A stretch of 64,000 nucleotides of DNA from the NCBI GenBank assembly GCA_002269645.1, contig NIVC01001893.1, positions 59,070 to 123,069 on the forward strand, given 5' to 3'. The notes under the pieces were generated by a model. The model was not told the DNA's origin. It saw only the letters and a list, made by a program, of their open reading frames with translations, and did not search any database. Position numbers and translations under genes: made by a program. Position 1 is the stretch's first letter; each line of letters starts with the position of its first letter. This DNA comes from Macrostomum lignano. Taxonomy: Eukaryota. Shown here one piece after another: positions 25,069-38,836 of the stretch.

Positions 25069-25394
25069 TCTTAAATATGACTAGGCCTAAAATAAAAAAT
25101 GAATACTAGCATTTGGCTATAGTTTTATAAACTTCAATTGATATATTAAAAAATAAGCCTATCAATATTACAATAGGCCTAGTATATATAGTATGCATTA
25201 TAAAAAATAGTTCATGAAGTTGAAAAAACAAATGGAAATAAAAAACCAGCAGCTTGAGCTAGGCCCTATGTCTAATCTGTTTCTACAATAGGCCTAGTGT
25301 TATTGATATCTTATATTATAGGCCCTATAAAAACTTCAACTTACCAAAAAATTGCAAAACTTGATTTAGGCCCTAGTATAGGACTATAGAATAA

Positions 25395-25977
25395 GGCAGT
25401 GCTTATCCCCACAGTATCATAGGAATAATTTCTGTCTTATTCCAATGGTACCGTGGGAATAATTTTCTGCTTATTCGCATGGCACACTGACGAGATAGCT
25501 GCCCTATCTTCTACATATGCTATGGGAATAATTTTTTCCAACGATATTGTTGAAACAATGCAATAATCTATACAAACAAATTGCGAATTTACATGACTAG
25601 TAGAATTCTACAGAAGCAGCGATGGACTTTAATTGGGATCAAGATTAGACTTTGCTAAAAATTTAAATTAATAAACAATTACTAGAGCAATTTACCTTAA
25701 ATCATGTCATAAATACAAAAAAGTGTTTTTTGCATAAAAAAGGCCATTAAACCTTTACTTCTATAAAACAAATGGTCAAGCAAAGTTATGTTGTTATACT
25801 GCACTCAAACTGTAAGTACTAGGCCTAAACTAAATTATTCCCACGGCTTGTGTAGAAGATAAGGCAGCTATCTTGTCAGTGTGCCATGCGGATAAGAAGA
25901 AAATTATTCCCACGGTACCATTGGAATAAGATGGAAATTATTCCTACAATACCGTGGCCATGGGGATAAGCACTGCC
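25395..25977. mobile_element. Mutator/MULE-type MITE
   Basis: ~140-bp imperfect TIRs starting GGCAGTGCTTATCCCCA; exact 9-bp TSD ATAGAATAA. Confidence 0.9.
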
Positions 25978-28900
25978 ATAGAATAAAATTGAACTCAGTT
26001 AGATCAACCATATCATCAAGTCAATAACTTGATATACTTTGCTATTCTGGTTATATATGCTTATATATGTATTAGGGGGGGGGGGGGGGGGCAAGGGGGG
26101 CCTACTTAGAAGTTAGATATATTACATGAGATAGGATAGCCTAGGTCTAGATGGGTAGATATACAATTAATTATATCATAGCCATATTCTGGAGGATAGG
26201 CCTATAGTGCAAGTCAGAAAATTCTACTAAAACCTCAGCATGCACAGGGTGCATAATGCATATAAAAAGCACAATGTGCAAATCAAAAGCAATATTTGAC
26301 AAAAGCATAGCATGCAATTGAAAACAATGTGTAATTGTCAACATGCATGATCTCCCTATAGTCTGTTGGTGCACATGCAAAATCTTCCCCCCTCCCCAGG
26401 TCTGTTGAGCATTCCGGCGTGCACTCAGTGGCTCAGCATGATCTGGATTGGATTATGGTATCGTAGTAGTACATGGGCCTATCACTATCAGCCTGTGTTC
26501 TGTGTACTAGGGCCTAGCCTAGCCTGACTAGGCCCTTATCTGCCAATGATACCAGTCTAGCATAGGCCTAGGCCTACAGACCCAGTCCCAGTGCAGTGTT
26601 ACAACCTGGAATTCAGTGAGGGGTGCGATCCCAAGGGTCGGAAATCTATTTTGGCAAATATTCGCTTGGCCCCAACTCGAGGGGTGACTCGCGACCCAGG
26701 GCCAGGTCTTAGACTCCTACGGTAGTTAAAAATAGACAAATAATAAGGAATGATACAGAAAACATATAATACTTAAGAATATAAAATTTATCAAAGCAAT
26801 TACAGTTCAGGTACAAACGGGAGACAACTAAAAAAATTAGAAGACCTAGCCTTTATAACGGCAGTTTTAAGTACAATTAAACACGTCCCGTCACGTTGCG
26901 CATAAATAATTTATTTCAAACTCTCATGACATTGCAAGCAGTAAACCAAAGGCAGAATCTACGTTTTGTTTTTTTTAATTGACAAAAAGGTCTAAAATTA
27001 ACATTTACATGTCGTATTTATAGTTACAGAGCTATAAAGTATTTTTCCGATCATTCAAATCTAATTTAACATAGAAAATCTGTACATTGCTTAATCCATA
27101 TATTTTCGTTCTTTCGTGCGTGCAATCGACAATTGTCAGGATATATGAAGCATAGAAAAATACTGCAACATCTTCATTCTTCCGGTGTATACAAGTACAA
27201 GTATAGAGGTTTTAAAATGTATGAAACAACATTTTGAAAAAACATACAACTGCAAAAACAGCCTAAATGTTTTTGTTGCACGTGTCCAGATGATCCTTGT
27301 TGAGAGGTACTGCATGAACATGTTATACATAAATTAGTTTGGAATTAGATAATTTTCCGCGGATACATTCAGATAGCCACGCGTCCCGTGCTGTTTTTTT
27401 CTTTTGCCACTGTATCAGATCTATCGATCACGTACGGTTTAGGAGCTGGGCCAGGGGCGCCAGCACTCCTAAGCAAATGCAAATGCGTGAATACTGCACT
27501 GTACGCATGCAGGCATGCACTTACACACGCTCACACAGGTTGTACAGAAGCCCGTACTTTCCTAGCTAATCGTCAAGCATATGTGCCTTCATGGGGATGT
27601 GTGAATCGAATGACAACCCCGCCTAATTTTTCATGCACAAGCCCGTATTTTTTACTTTTTTATGAGTCGAATCAGAGGTACACATGTACATGTATTTACA
27701 ACAGGGCTACTCTTGCCCCCTTCCCCTTTGAAACACAACAGTCTGGTTCCAGATCCCATAGTCCCATATCCCATATCGATTTCGATATAATGTTGTTTTG
27801 GTCAGACCACATGAGTTGAGCGGATTGCGGGCAGCGGATCGATCAGCAAAATCTTATATAGGATTTACGCTAATCTTCTGTACTGTACCTTTCAAAGTCT
27901 GCGTTTGTCTTCTGACTTGTCACCACTTTACTGTCACCACGCAACTGGCTTTACTCGCCAATTCCACAAATATAAGCCATTGGGTGTTACATACAATGCT
28001 TTTAAAGTTGCATATAATAATTGTAGCTATATTAAAAACAAATTTTTGCAAAATAATTCCAATGAAAACACGGGGCAGCCAAGATTGCACTGAATGTGCG
28101 CACAGTTACCACAGTAATAAAGTGCTTGAATAAGGCTCAGCATAGGACTTAAGCCCAGATTCTGCCGGTAGCTACGAGATGCCTCTTTCTTATCGTGCAA
28201 ATGCACAGGACTATAAGAATGGGCTGCTCAGAGATGGTCAGATGGAGAAAATGACCTGGAGAGGAGAGGAGAGGACAGAGGGAGAGAGGTAAGAGCTGAG
28301 AGACTGCTCTACTGTCATTGGTTCACTTAGCTTTGCCAACCCCCGGGCAGTAGTGAAGCGAAATGCGCGGTTGCTTCTGCATGCACGGGGTAAAAGAAGA
28401 ATGACATTGCGGTAGAGCGCGGTAGAGGTAAATTAGCAGCCCCGGAGCATGCCCCCTCAAAACCTGCACTAGTCTGTTTGAGTTTCAGCAGCTTGCTACA
28501 GAATCTTTTACTGCGACTGCGAACCCCCTCTTGGTGAGTTCAAATTGCATATTCTACGTAGCTACATCTGTCTACTGGTATTCTGAGCATCACAAGTTGA
28601 CTTCTTCTTGGCTGGCATGTACATAATTTATTTAGAATTCAAAAACTCGGATCTTTACAGAAGAAGCAGAAAGGTTTTTACACTAAACTAGAGAGACATA
28701 GACTAATTGATATCAGTTATTTTAGCGAGGTTTGAGTCAGTCTGGAGTCCATATTTCTGATCCTTCGCCCATCGGTTGCTAGGTTTATCATCGGAGTTGG
28801 GGTTGGCCGTTACTTCTCCCCCTCTACTCGGCCAAATTCCACTCTCGTCAGAACCGACCTCGCCTGTCAACCCCCTTGCTTTATCTCGCTTGCATGCTAG

Positions 28901-29127
28901 TTGAAGTCTTCTCTCTTTGACTGGTGTCTGGAATGGAGGGTGATTGTTGTATTCTTATCACACTTATTCCAACGCTACAGACCTCTCTACTCCTTCCATT
29001 TAGGCGCCTTATTTTTTACTTTCACTTATAGCACTTCGAACATAACCTAATCATAGTTTGGTGTTCTTTTACTTTGCTTCTCTTTATGCACCTTACTCTT
29101 GCGGATTTTTAAACCCTATAGTCAGTC

Positions 29128-29757
29128 ATCTGAGTGGGTGCCATTTCATCTAAGTGGATGCCATTTCATCTGAGTGGGTGCCATTTCATCTGAGTGGGTG
29201 CCATTTCATCTGACCGGGGTGCCATTTCATCTGAGTGGGTGCCATTTCATCTGAGTGGGTGCCATTTCATCTGAGTGGGTGCCATTTCATCTTAGTGGGT
29301 GTCATTTCATCTGAGTGGGTGCCATTTCATCTGAGTGGGTGCCATTTCATCTTAGTGGGTGCCATTTCATCTGAGTGGGTGCCATTTCATCTTAGTGGGT
29401 GCCATTTCATCTGAGTGGGGTGCCATTTCATCTGAGTGCCATTTCATCAGAGTGCCATTTCATCAGAGTGCCATTTCATCAGAGTGCCATTTCATCAGAG
29501 TGCCATTTCATCAGAGTGCCATTTCATCAGAGTGCCATTTCATCAGAGTGCCATTTCATCAGAGTGCCATTTCATCAGAGTGCCATTTCATCAGAGTGCC
29601 ATTTCATCAGAGTGCCATTTCATCAGAGTGCCATTTCATCAGAGTGCCATTTCATCAGAGTGCCATTTCATCAGAGTGCCATTTCATCAGAGTGCCATTT
29701 CATCAGAGTGCCATTTCATCAGAGTGCCATTTCATCAGAGTGCCATTTCATCAGAGT
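29128..29757. repeat. Compound minisatellite: 20-bp GCCATTTCATCTGAGTGGGT block then 16-bp GCCATTTCATCAGAGT block
   Basis: Tandem arrays ending ~110 bp before the mannosidase ATG. Confidence 0.95.
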
Positions 29758-29866
29758 GGATGCAACTACACACTGTCAATAATCGTTGCAGGCTCTGATC
29801 TACAGCACCCTGCAGCATACACCCTGAGTCAGCTCGACCGTACACTGATAGCCACGGAGCCTCAGC

Positions 29867-31482
29867 ATGTTATTCAGACCGCTGCAGCGGATACAGCTGC
29901 GTCTGAAACTTCACAGGACTCATCTTTTCGCTCTAATACTGACTCTTGTTGTCATCACTGTCTACTACCGGACGGTGATGCTTCAACCAGGCGGAAGCCG
30001 CTGGCGCTACGCGAACCCCTTGAAGATCTTCATACTAGCCAGCAGCAGCTTGGATGACGCCGACCAGGCCGGAATGGCGGCGGTCCGCGAGATGGCCCAG
30101 TTCGCCTGGCGCGGCTACACCAACTCGTGCCTGAGGCAGCACAAGACTGGCAACGAGCTCGCTCCGCTAACCAGGAATTGCTCCTCAAACTCGGACGGCA
30201 TCGTTGGCGCAGGCAACCTGTTGACCGTCATCGACTCGCTGGACACCCTGGCTGTACTCGGTTTGCCCGCCGAGTTCGATGAGGGCCGAAGTTTTATTAG
30301 AAACTTCTACAATCCGCAACGAACTTGGCAGGAAGTAAGCGTATTCGAGACCACGATTCGGCTGCTCGGCGGGTTGCTAGGGCCTATTCGGTGAGCGAGG
30401 ATGTCCTGTTCCTGAAGCTGGCTGCCCAGCTAGGAGACGGCTTGGCCCCGGCGTTTCCTAGAGACGGCGGGTTTTTCCCCAGAGTGAAATTGTTCAGCAA
30501 CGTGACTCCGTCATCGAATTTGATTTACACTGCCGAGATTGGCTCGCTTTACCTGGAGTTTGCATACCTGGCCGAGCTCACGGGCAATGAGAAATACTTC
30601 AACTGGGTGGATAAACTCCAGAGAGAATTGCTGCAAATTCGAGGCCTGGATGGCATTTTAACGAAGCAGCTGATGCTGAGGGAGCCGGCAACACTCGATG
30701 TAGCTTCCGGACCGTTCTCCATCGCCGGTGGCACAGATTCCTACTACGAATACCTGGTCAAGAGGTGCATGTTCGATTCCGATGTCAAGCCCGACTGCGT
30801 TGACACTTTCACAAAGGTGCTGGACTCCATCATGAAGCACCTGACAGTTCACGTTAGCAAAGATGACAGCGGAGGAGTTCACACCTGCATTGGCGAGCTG
30901 AGTCACCCTACGGATTTGAAGCTGTGCTCAATGGACCATCTGACCTGTTTCGCTGGCGGTATGTTTGCCCTGGCCTACCTGCAGGTGCCGAAACGAGTTG
31001 ACTGGCTAGATTACGCCGAGAAGATCACAGAGACCTGCTACCTGTCCTACCAGCACAGCCCCACTAAACTCGGCCCAGAGAAATTTGCTTACGATTTCGA
31101 CAGTAAGAAATTTGTAGCAGATATTGACATGTACATTCTCCGACCGGAAACTGTGGAGTCGCTATTTTACCTGTACCGGGTGACAGGTAAACCCAAGTAC
31201 CGGCAATGGGGCTGGAGCATTCTGAAAGCATTGAACACGTCGACAAGAGTTGGTAGCGGTTTCAGCGGCATCGAGTCCATGAACAGCGCTTATATGAGAC
31301 ACGACAACATGCAGTGGTCATTTTTCCTAGCTGAGACGCTCAAGTATCTGTACCTGCTGTTCTCGCCGACAGATAAACTCCCGCTGGACCTGTGGCTGTT
31401 CAACACCGAGGCGCACGCCATCCCGACTCGGTTGAATCCGCTGCGAAAGAAACTGGCCAGAAGGGGAATGCGGACAATTTGA
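29867..31482 (+). CDS. Class I alpha-1,2-mannosidase (GH47, Golgi MAN1A-like), intronless, one apparent -1 frameshift at 30380-30382
   Basis: Type II TM segment, then NELAPL, VIDSLDTL, SVFETTIRLLGG, AEIGSLYLEF, GGTDSYYEYL, DHLTCFAGGM, LRPETVES, SFFLAETLKYLYLLFS and FNTEAH. Adding one base in the GGG run joins the two ORFs (GGLL-G-AYSVSED). Confidence 0.9.
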
Positions 31483-31574
31483 GCATAGTCTACCCGGTGA
31501 TTACTACTGCTAGTAGCAAGGGCTGCGATCAGAAACTGACAGACGATTTTAAACCACTAGATATTCCCATGTGT

Positions 31575-31880
31575 TTAAGATGTGTTTAAGCTGCTGCGAA
31601 GATGTCTTTAAGCCACTGAAAAGATGTGTTTAAGCTACTGAGATGTGTTTAAGCCACTGAAAAGATGTGTTTAAGCTACTGAGATGTGTTTAAGCCACTG
31701 AAAAGATGTTTTTAAGCCACTGAAAAGATTTGTTTAAGCTACTAAGATGTGTTTAAGCCACTGAAAAGATGTGTTTAAGCCACTGAAAAGATGTGTTTAA
31801 GCTACTGAGATGTGTTTAAGCCACTGAAAAGATGTGTTTAAGCTACTGAGATGTGTTTAAGCCACTGAAAAGATGTGTAT
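31575..31880. repeat. 20-22 bp minisatellite (AAGATGTGTTTAAGCCACTGAA and variant)
   Basis: Tandem copies ~90 bp after the mannosidase stop. Confidence 0.93.
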
Positions 31881-32525
31881 CCTTTGCTTATCCTTTGCAA
31901 ATCGATTTGCTTAATAACTGTGCCAAGAAGTCAATTCTTAGAAACTACTTCCTATATGGAAACATAACCCATATTTTCAACTTTGTTGTCCAATTAGAAA
32001 GATTTATATTATAATTTTGCATAGTAAACATTTATTTTAATATTTAATTCCTAGCATTGTAACAATGTTGTGAATGTGTGTTCAACTACACTAGAAATAT
32101 TATGAACAAATTCTATTTATTTCAATTTAAGTGTGACCGTTACCACTGGCTTTTTAGTGCTGTCTTCCTTCGCCTGTAATTTATGTATTATTTTTCACAG
32201 TTAAAAAAGTACGCTTTTTAAGATACTGAACAATAGAACAATAGCACAACAAAAAAATTAGCTGCCGTTTTTTTCATTTCTGACTTTCTACTTCTATGTA
32301 GTAACTATGAGTTATGCTTTTTTCCTTTATCTCTTGGTCCCCGAGGTCTTCGACAAAAAATAATAATGTCCATCTGCGAATGAATGCGCACATGGGCAAT
32401 AACTTTCAGTGAATAGGTATAGCCACTAATTACTACTGTCTTCAGTAGGCTGACATGACACAAATATATGCTATAAATCAGAAGCTTACGGTATGCAATG
32501 TTGATAGAAAGATTAGATATGTACA

Positions 32526-33890
<1,365 letters not shown>

Positions 33891-34344
33891 AGACAGCGAG
33901 CTACCAGGCAGGCAGTGCAGAGCGCCAATATCCTGTGCCGGGAACGCCAGCCAATGAGAGCGGCCCGGCAAGCAAGTGGATAAAGGCTACCAGCGGAGTC
34001 TTCCAAAGCTTTGCTGCTTACGTGGGGACAGAGAGAGAATTCCTCTAGACAGTGGGAACTTTTGCAGTTGCAATTGCAATAAGACAGCTGTGAAAGCTTA
34101 ATAACACGAGTTCGTCAGTCTTTGCGATCTGGTAAGTAACGCCTCTTTAAAATCCACCATGGTAGCTGGTAGCTAAGGGTAGTTACTAGAAATCTGCACG
34201 GCTAATACTCTCGCAGATTGTTTGGTAGGAAACACTGCCGAAAGTAGTTATTAATAGAAGTACAAAAAATGATAAGGAGACAAGGAGTAAAAGCAAAAGG
34301 AGAGTGAGAAGGAGCGAGACAGAGAGGAGGAGAAAAAGAGTTAG

Positions 34345-36935
34345 GGGTAGAGGGAGAGTGAGGAGAGGGAGAGTGAAGAGAGGGAGACTGAGGAGAGGGA
34401 GAGTGAGGAGAGGGAGAGTGAGGAGAGGGAGACTGAGGAGAGGGAGAGTGAGGAGAGGGAGACTGAGGAGAGAGAGAGTGAGGAGAGGGAGACTGAGGAG
34501 AGGGAGACTGAGGAGAGGGAGACTGAGGAGAGGGAGAGTGAGGAGAGGGAGAGTGAGGAGAGGGAGAGTGAGGAGAGGGAGAGTGAGGAGAGGGAGACTG
34601 AGGAGAGGGAGAGTGAGGAGAGGGAGAGTGAGGAGAGGGAGAGTGAGGAGAGGGAGAGTGAGGAGAGGGAGAGTGAGGAGAGGGAGAGTGAGGAGAGGGA
34701 GACTGAGGAGAGGAGAGTGAGGAGAGGGAGAGTGAGGAGAGGGAGACTGAGGAGAGGGAGAGTGAGGAGAGGGAGACTGAGGAGAGGGAGACTGAGGAGA
34801 GGGAGACTGAGGAGAGGGAGAGTGAGGAGAGGGAGAGTGAGGAGAGGGAGATGAAGAGAGGGAGAGTGAGGAGAGGGAGATGAGGAGAGGGAGAGTGAGG
34901 AGAGGGAGACTGAGGAGAGGGAGAGTGAGGAGAGGGAGACTGAGGAGAGAGAGAGTGAGGAGAGGGAGACTGAGGAGAGGGAGACTGAGGAGAGGGAGAC
35001 TGAGGAGAGGGAGAGTGAGGAGAGGGAGAGTGAGGAGAGGGAGAGTGAGGAGAGGGAGAGTGAAGAGAGGGAGACTGAGGAGAGGGAGAGTGAGGAGAGG
35101 GAGAGTGAGGAGAGGGAGACTGAGGAGAGGGAGAGTGAGGAGAGGGAGACTGAGGAGAGAGAGAGTGAGGAGAGGGAGACTGAGGAGAGGGAGAGTGAGG
35201 AGAGGGAGAGTGAGGAGAGGGAGAGTGAGGAGAGGGAGAGTGAGGAGAGGGAGAGTGAGGAGAGGGAGAGTGAGGAGAGGGAGACTGAGGAGAGGGAGAG
35301 TGAGGAGAGGGAGAGTGAGGAGAGGGAGACTGAGGAGAGGGAGACTGAGGAGAGGGAGAGTGAGGAGAGGGAGAGTGAGGAGAGGGAGAGTGAGGAGAGG
35401 GAGACTGAGGAGAGGGAGAGTGAGGAGAGGGAGAGTGAGGAGAGGGAGACTGAGGAGAGGGAGAGTGAGGAGAGGGAGACTGAGGAGAGGGAGAGTGAGG
35501 AGAGGGAGACTGAGGAGAGGGAGACTGAGGAGAGGGAGACTGAGGAGAGGGAGAGTGAGGAGAGGGAGAGTGAGGAGAGGGAGATGAAGAGAGGGAGAGT
35601 GAGGAGAGGGAGATGAGGAGAGGGAGAGTGAGGAGAGGGAGAGTGAGGAGAGGGAGATGAAGAGAGGGAGAGTGAGGAGAGGGAGGGTGAGGAGAGGGGA
35701 GTGAGGAGAGGGAGACTGAGGAGAGGGAGAGTGAGGAGAGGGAGAGTGAGGAGAGGGAGAGTGAGGAGAGGGAGAGTGAGGAGAGGGAGACTGAGGAGAG
35801 GGAGACTGAGGAGAGGGAGAGTGAGGAGAGGGAGACTGAGGAGAGGGAGAGTGAGGAGAGGGAGAGTGAGGAGAGGGAGAGTGAGGAGAGGGAGATGAAG
35901 AGAGGGAGAGTGAGGAGAGGGAGAGTGAGGAGAGGGAGAGTGAGGAGAGGGAGAGTGAAGAGAGGGAGAGTGAGGAGAGGGAGAGTGAGGAGAGGGAGAG
36001 TGAGGAGAGGGAGAGTGAGGAGAGGGAGATGAAGAGAGGGAGAGTGAGGAGAGGGAGAGTGAGGAGAGGGAGAGTGAGGAGAGGGAGGGTGAGGAGAGGG
36101 AGAGTGAGGAGAGGGAGACTGAGGAGAGGGAGACTGAGGAGAGGGAGATGAAGAGAGGGAGAGTGAGGAGAGGGAGATGAAGAGAGGGAGGGTGAGGAGA
36201 GGGAGAGTGAGGAGAGGAAGAGTGAGGAGAGGGAGGGTGAGGAGAGGGAGGGTGAGGAGAGGGAGAGTGAGGAGAGGAAGAGTGAGGAGAGGGAGGGTGA
36301 GGAGAGGGGAGTGAGGAGAGGGAGACTGAGGAGAGGGAGAGTGAGGAGAGGGAGAGTGAGGAGAGGGAGATGAAGAGAGGGAGAGTGAGGAGAGGGAGAG
36401 TGAGGAGAGGGAGAGTGAGGAGAGGGAGAGTGAGGAGAGGGAGACTGAGGAGAGGGAGAGTGAGGAGAGGGAGACTGAGGAGAGGGAGAGTGAGGAGAGG
36501 GAGAGTGAGGAGAGGGAGATGAAGAGAGGGAGAGTGAGGGGAGGGAGATGAAGAGAGGGAGAGTGAGGAGAGGGAGACTGAGGAGAGGGAGAGTGAGGAG
36601 AGGGAGATGAAGAGAGGGAGAGTGAGGAGAGGGAGAGTGAGGAGAGGGAGACTGAGGAGAGGGAGACTGAGGAGAGGGAGAGTGAGGAGAGGGAGATGAG
36701 GAGAGGGAGAGTGAAGAGAGGGAGACTGAGGAGAGGGAGATGAGGAGAGGGAGAGTGAGGAGAGGGAGAGTGAGGAGAGGGAGGGTGAGGAGAGGGAGAG
36801 TGAGGAGAGGGAGAGTGAGGAGAGGGAGGGTGAGGCGAGGGAGAGTGAGGAGAGGGAGAGTGAGGAGAGGGAGAGTGAGGAGAGGGAGAGTGAGGAGAGG
36901 GAGAGTGAGGAGAGGGAGGGTGAGGCGAGGGAGAG
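34345..36935. repeat. 15-bp purine-rich minisatellite (GAGGAGAGGGAGA[G/C]T), ~170 copies
   Basis: 2.6-kb array; source of the RRGRV and LTLPL pseudo-ORFs. Confidence 0.98.
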
Positions 36936-37582
36936 TTAGACGGAGAGTGAGAACGAGGAGGAGAGGTTGATAAAGATTAAACACGTAACCTAAACCTAGC
37001 CTAAATAATCTGATCCCACTTAATCGAGCAGCCGTGTCCTAAGAACAAAGAAACAAATTTAATATTTTACCTCAAATTTACAGAAAAGTTTAATAATTGG
37101 TCTCCTGTCAATCAGTCATTAATCCCTTCAGAGTGGGTTGATCATGCTCGCATAAGACTCTATATAGACTGAAAAGAAGCTAGTAGGAGAAATGCAAAAA
37201 AAAGAAGTGCACAGCACCAGCTCCGGGCGAGGAGAAGAAGATTGGGAGATTCTTCCCTTCCTTCAATCGCATAGAAACACTCGGAGACTTAATTAAAGCG
37301 ACTCAGACTGACTCAGTCTGCCACGGTTGCTGATTTCCCAATGCACCAAGCAGTCCCTCACTCACTCTCTCTCTCTATATCTAATTTCATCCCTCCGTCC
37401 CTCTCTTAGTTTTTTTGCTTTTCATCAGCGCTTAGCCAGCTGGCCCGCGCACTGCAGCAACAGCAGGGTTTTGCTGCCAATCGGTGCATGAATGACCTCA
37501 GTGCTGTGCTGTATTTCTGAATTACAAATATAGCGTTTGCAAGACATTTTCTTGTCCAGATGCTAATGAGATAAGGGATAAG

Positions 37583-38545
37583 AGAGATGGGATCTGCGAT
37601 TGGGAGATGGGATCTGTGATTGGGAGATAGGATCTGCGATTGGGAGATGGGATCTGCGATTGGGAGATTGGATCTGCGATTGGGAGATGGGATCTGTGAT
37701 TGAGAGATGGGATCTGTGATTAAGAGATGGGATCTGTGATTGAGAGATGGGATCTGTGATTAAGAGATGGGATCTGTGATTGAGAGATGGGATCTGCGAT
37801 TGGGAGATGGGATCTGTGATTGGGAGATGGGATCTGTGATTGAGAGATGGGATCTGCGATTGGGAAATGGGATCTGTGATTGGGAGATGGGATCTGTGAT
37901 TTGGAGATGGGATCTGTGATTGAGAGATGGGATCTGCGATTGGGAGATGGAATCTGTGATTGGGAGATGGGATCTGTGATTGGGAGATGGGATCTGTGAC
38001 TGGGAGATGGGATCTGTGATTGGGAGATGCGATCTGTGATTGGGAGATGGGATCTGCGATTGGGAGATGGGATCTGCGATTGGGAGATGGGATCTGCGAT
38101 TGGGAGATGGGATCTGCGATTGGGAGATGGGATCTGCGATTGGGAGATGGAATCTGTGATTGAGAGATGGAATCTGTGATTGAGAGATGGGATCTGTGAT
38201 TAAGAGATGGGATCTGTGATTGAGAGATGGGATCTGTGATTGAGAGATGGGATCTGTGATTGAGAGATGGGATCTGTGATTGAGAGATGGGATCTGTGAT
38301 TGGGAGATGGGATCTGTGATTGGGAGATGGGATCTGTGACTGGGAGATGGGATCTGTGATTGAGAGATGGGATCTGTGATTGGGAGATGGAATCTGTGAT
38401 TGAGAGATGGGATCTGTGATTGGGAGATGGGATCTGCGATTGGGAGATGGAATCTGTGATTGGGAGATGGAATCTGTGATTGGGAGATGGAATCTGTGAT
38501 TGAGAGATGGGATCTGCGATTGGGAAATGGGATCCGCGATTGGGA
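37583..38545. repeat. 20-bp minisatellite (GATTGGGAGATGGGATCTGT)
   Basis: ~48 tandem copies. Confidence 0.97.
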
Positions 38546-38549
38546 GATG

Positions 38550-38836
38550 CATTCGTAGCCACATTGGTAGATGCATCAGTAGACACATTGGTAGATGCAT
38601 TATTAGACACATTGGTAGATGCATTAGTAGACGCATTGGTAGATGCATTAGTAGGCACATTGGTAGATGCAATAGTAGACACATTGGTAGTTGCATTAGT
38701 AGACACATTGGTAGATGCATTAGTAGGCACATTGGTAGATGCAATAGTAGACACATTGGTAGATGCATTAGTAGACACATTGGTAGATGCAATAGTAGAC
38801 ACATTGGTAGATGCATTAGTAGACACATTGGTAGAT
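38550..38836. repeat. 24-bp minisatellite (ACACATTGGTAGATGCATTAGTAG)
   Basis: ~12 copies directly abutting the 20-bp array. Confidence 0.95.

Noticed and set aside
26590-27720. TACAACCTG / CAGGTTGTA and AAGCCCGTA motifs as transposon ends
   Set aside because: The short inverted matches face the wrong way and have no TSD.
29436-29757. Satellite-encoded hammerhead ribozyme (minus strand CTGATGAAA; also CTGATGAGAAA near 17845)
   Set aside because: CUGAUGA and GAAA overlap or abut with no stem II, and no stems I/III can be drawn.
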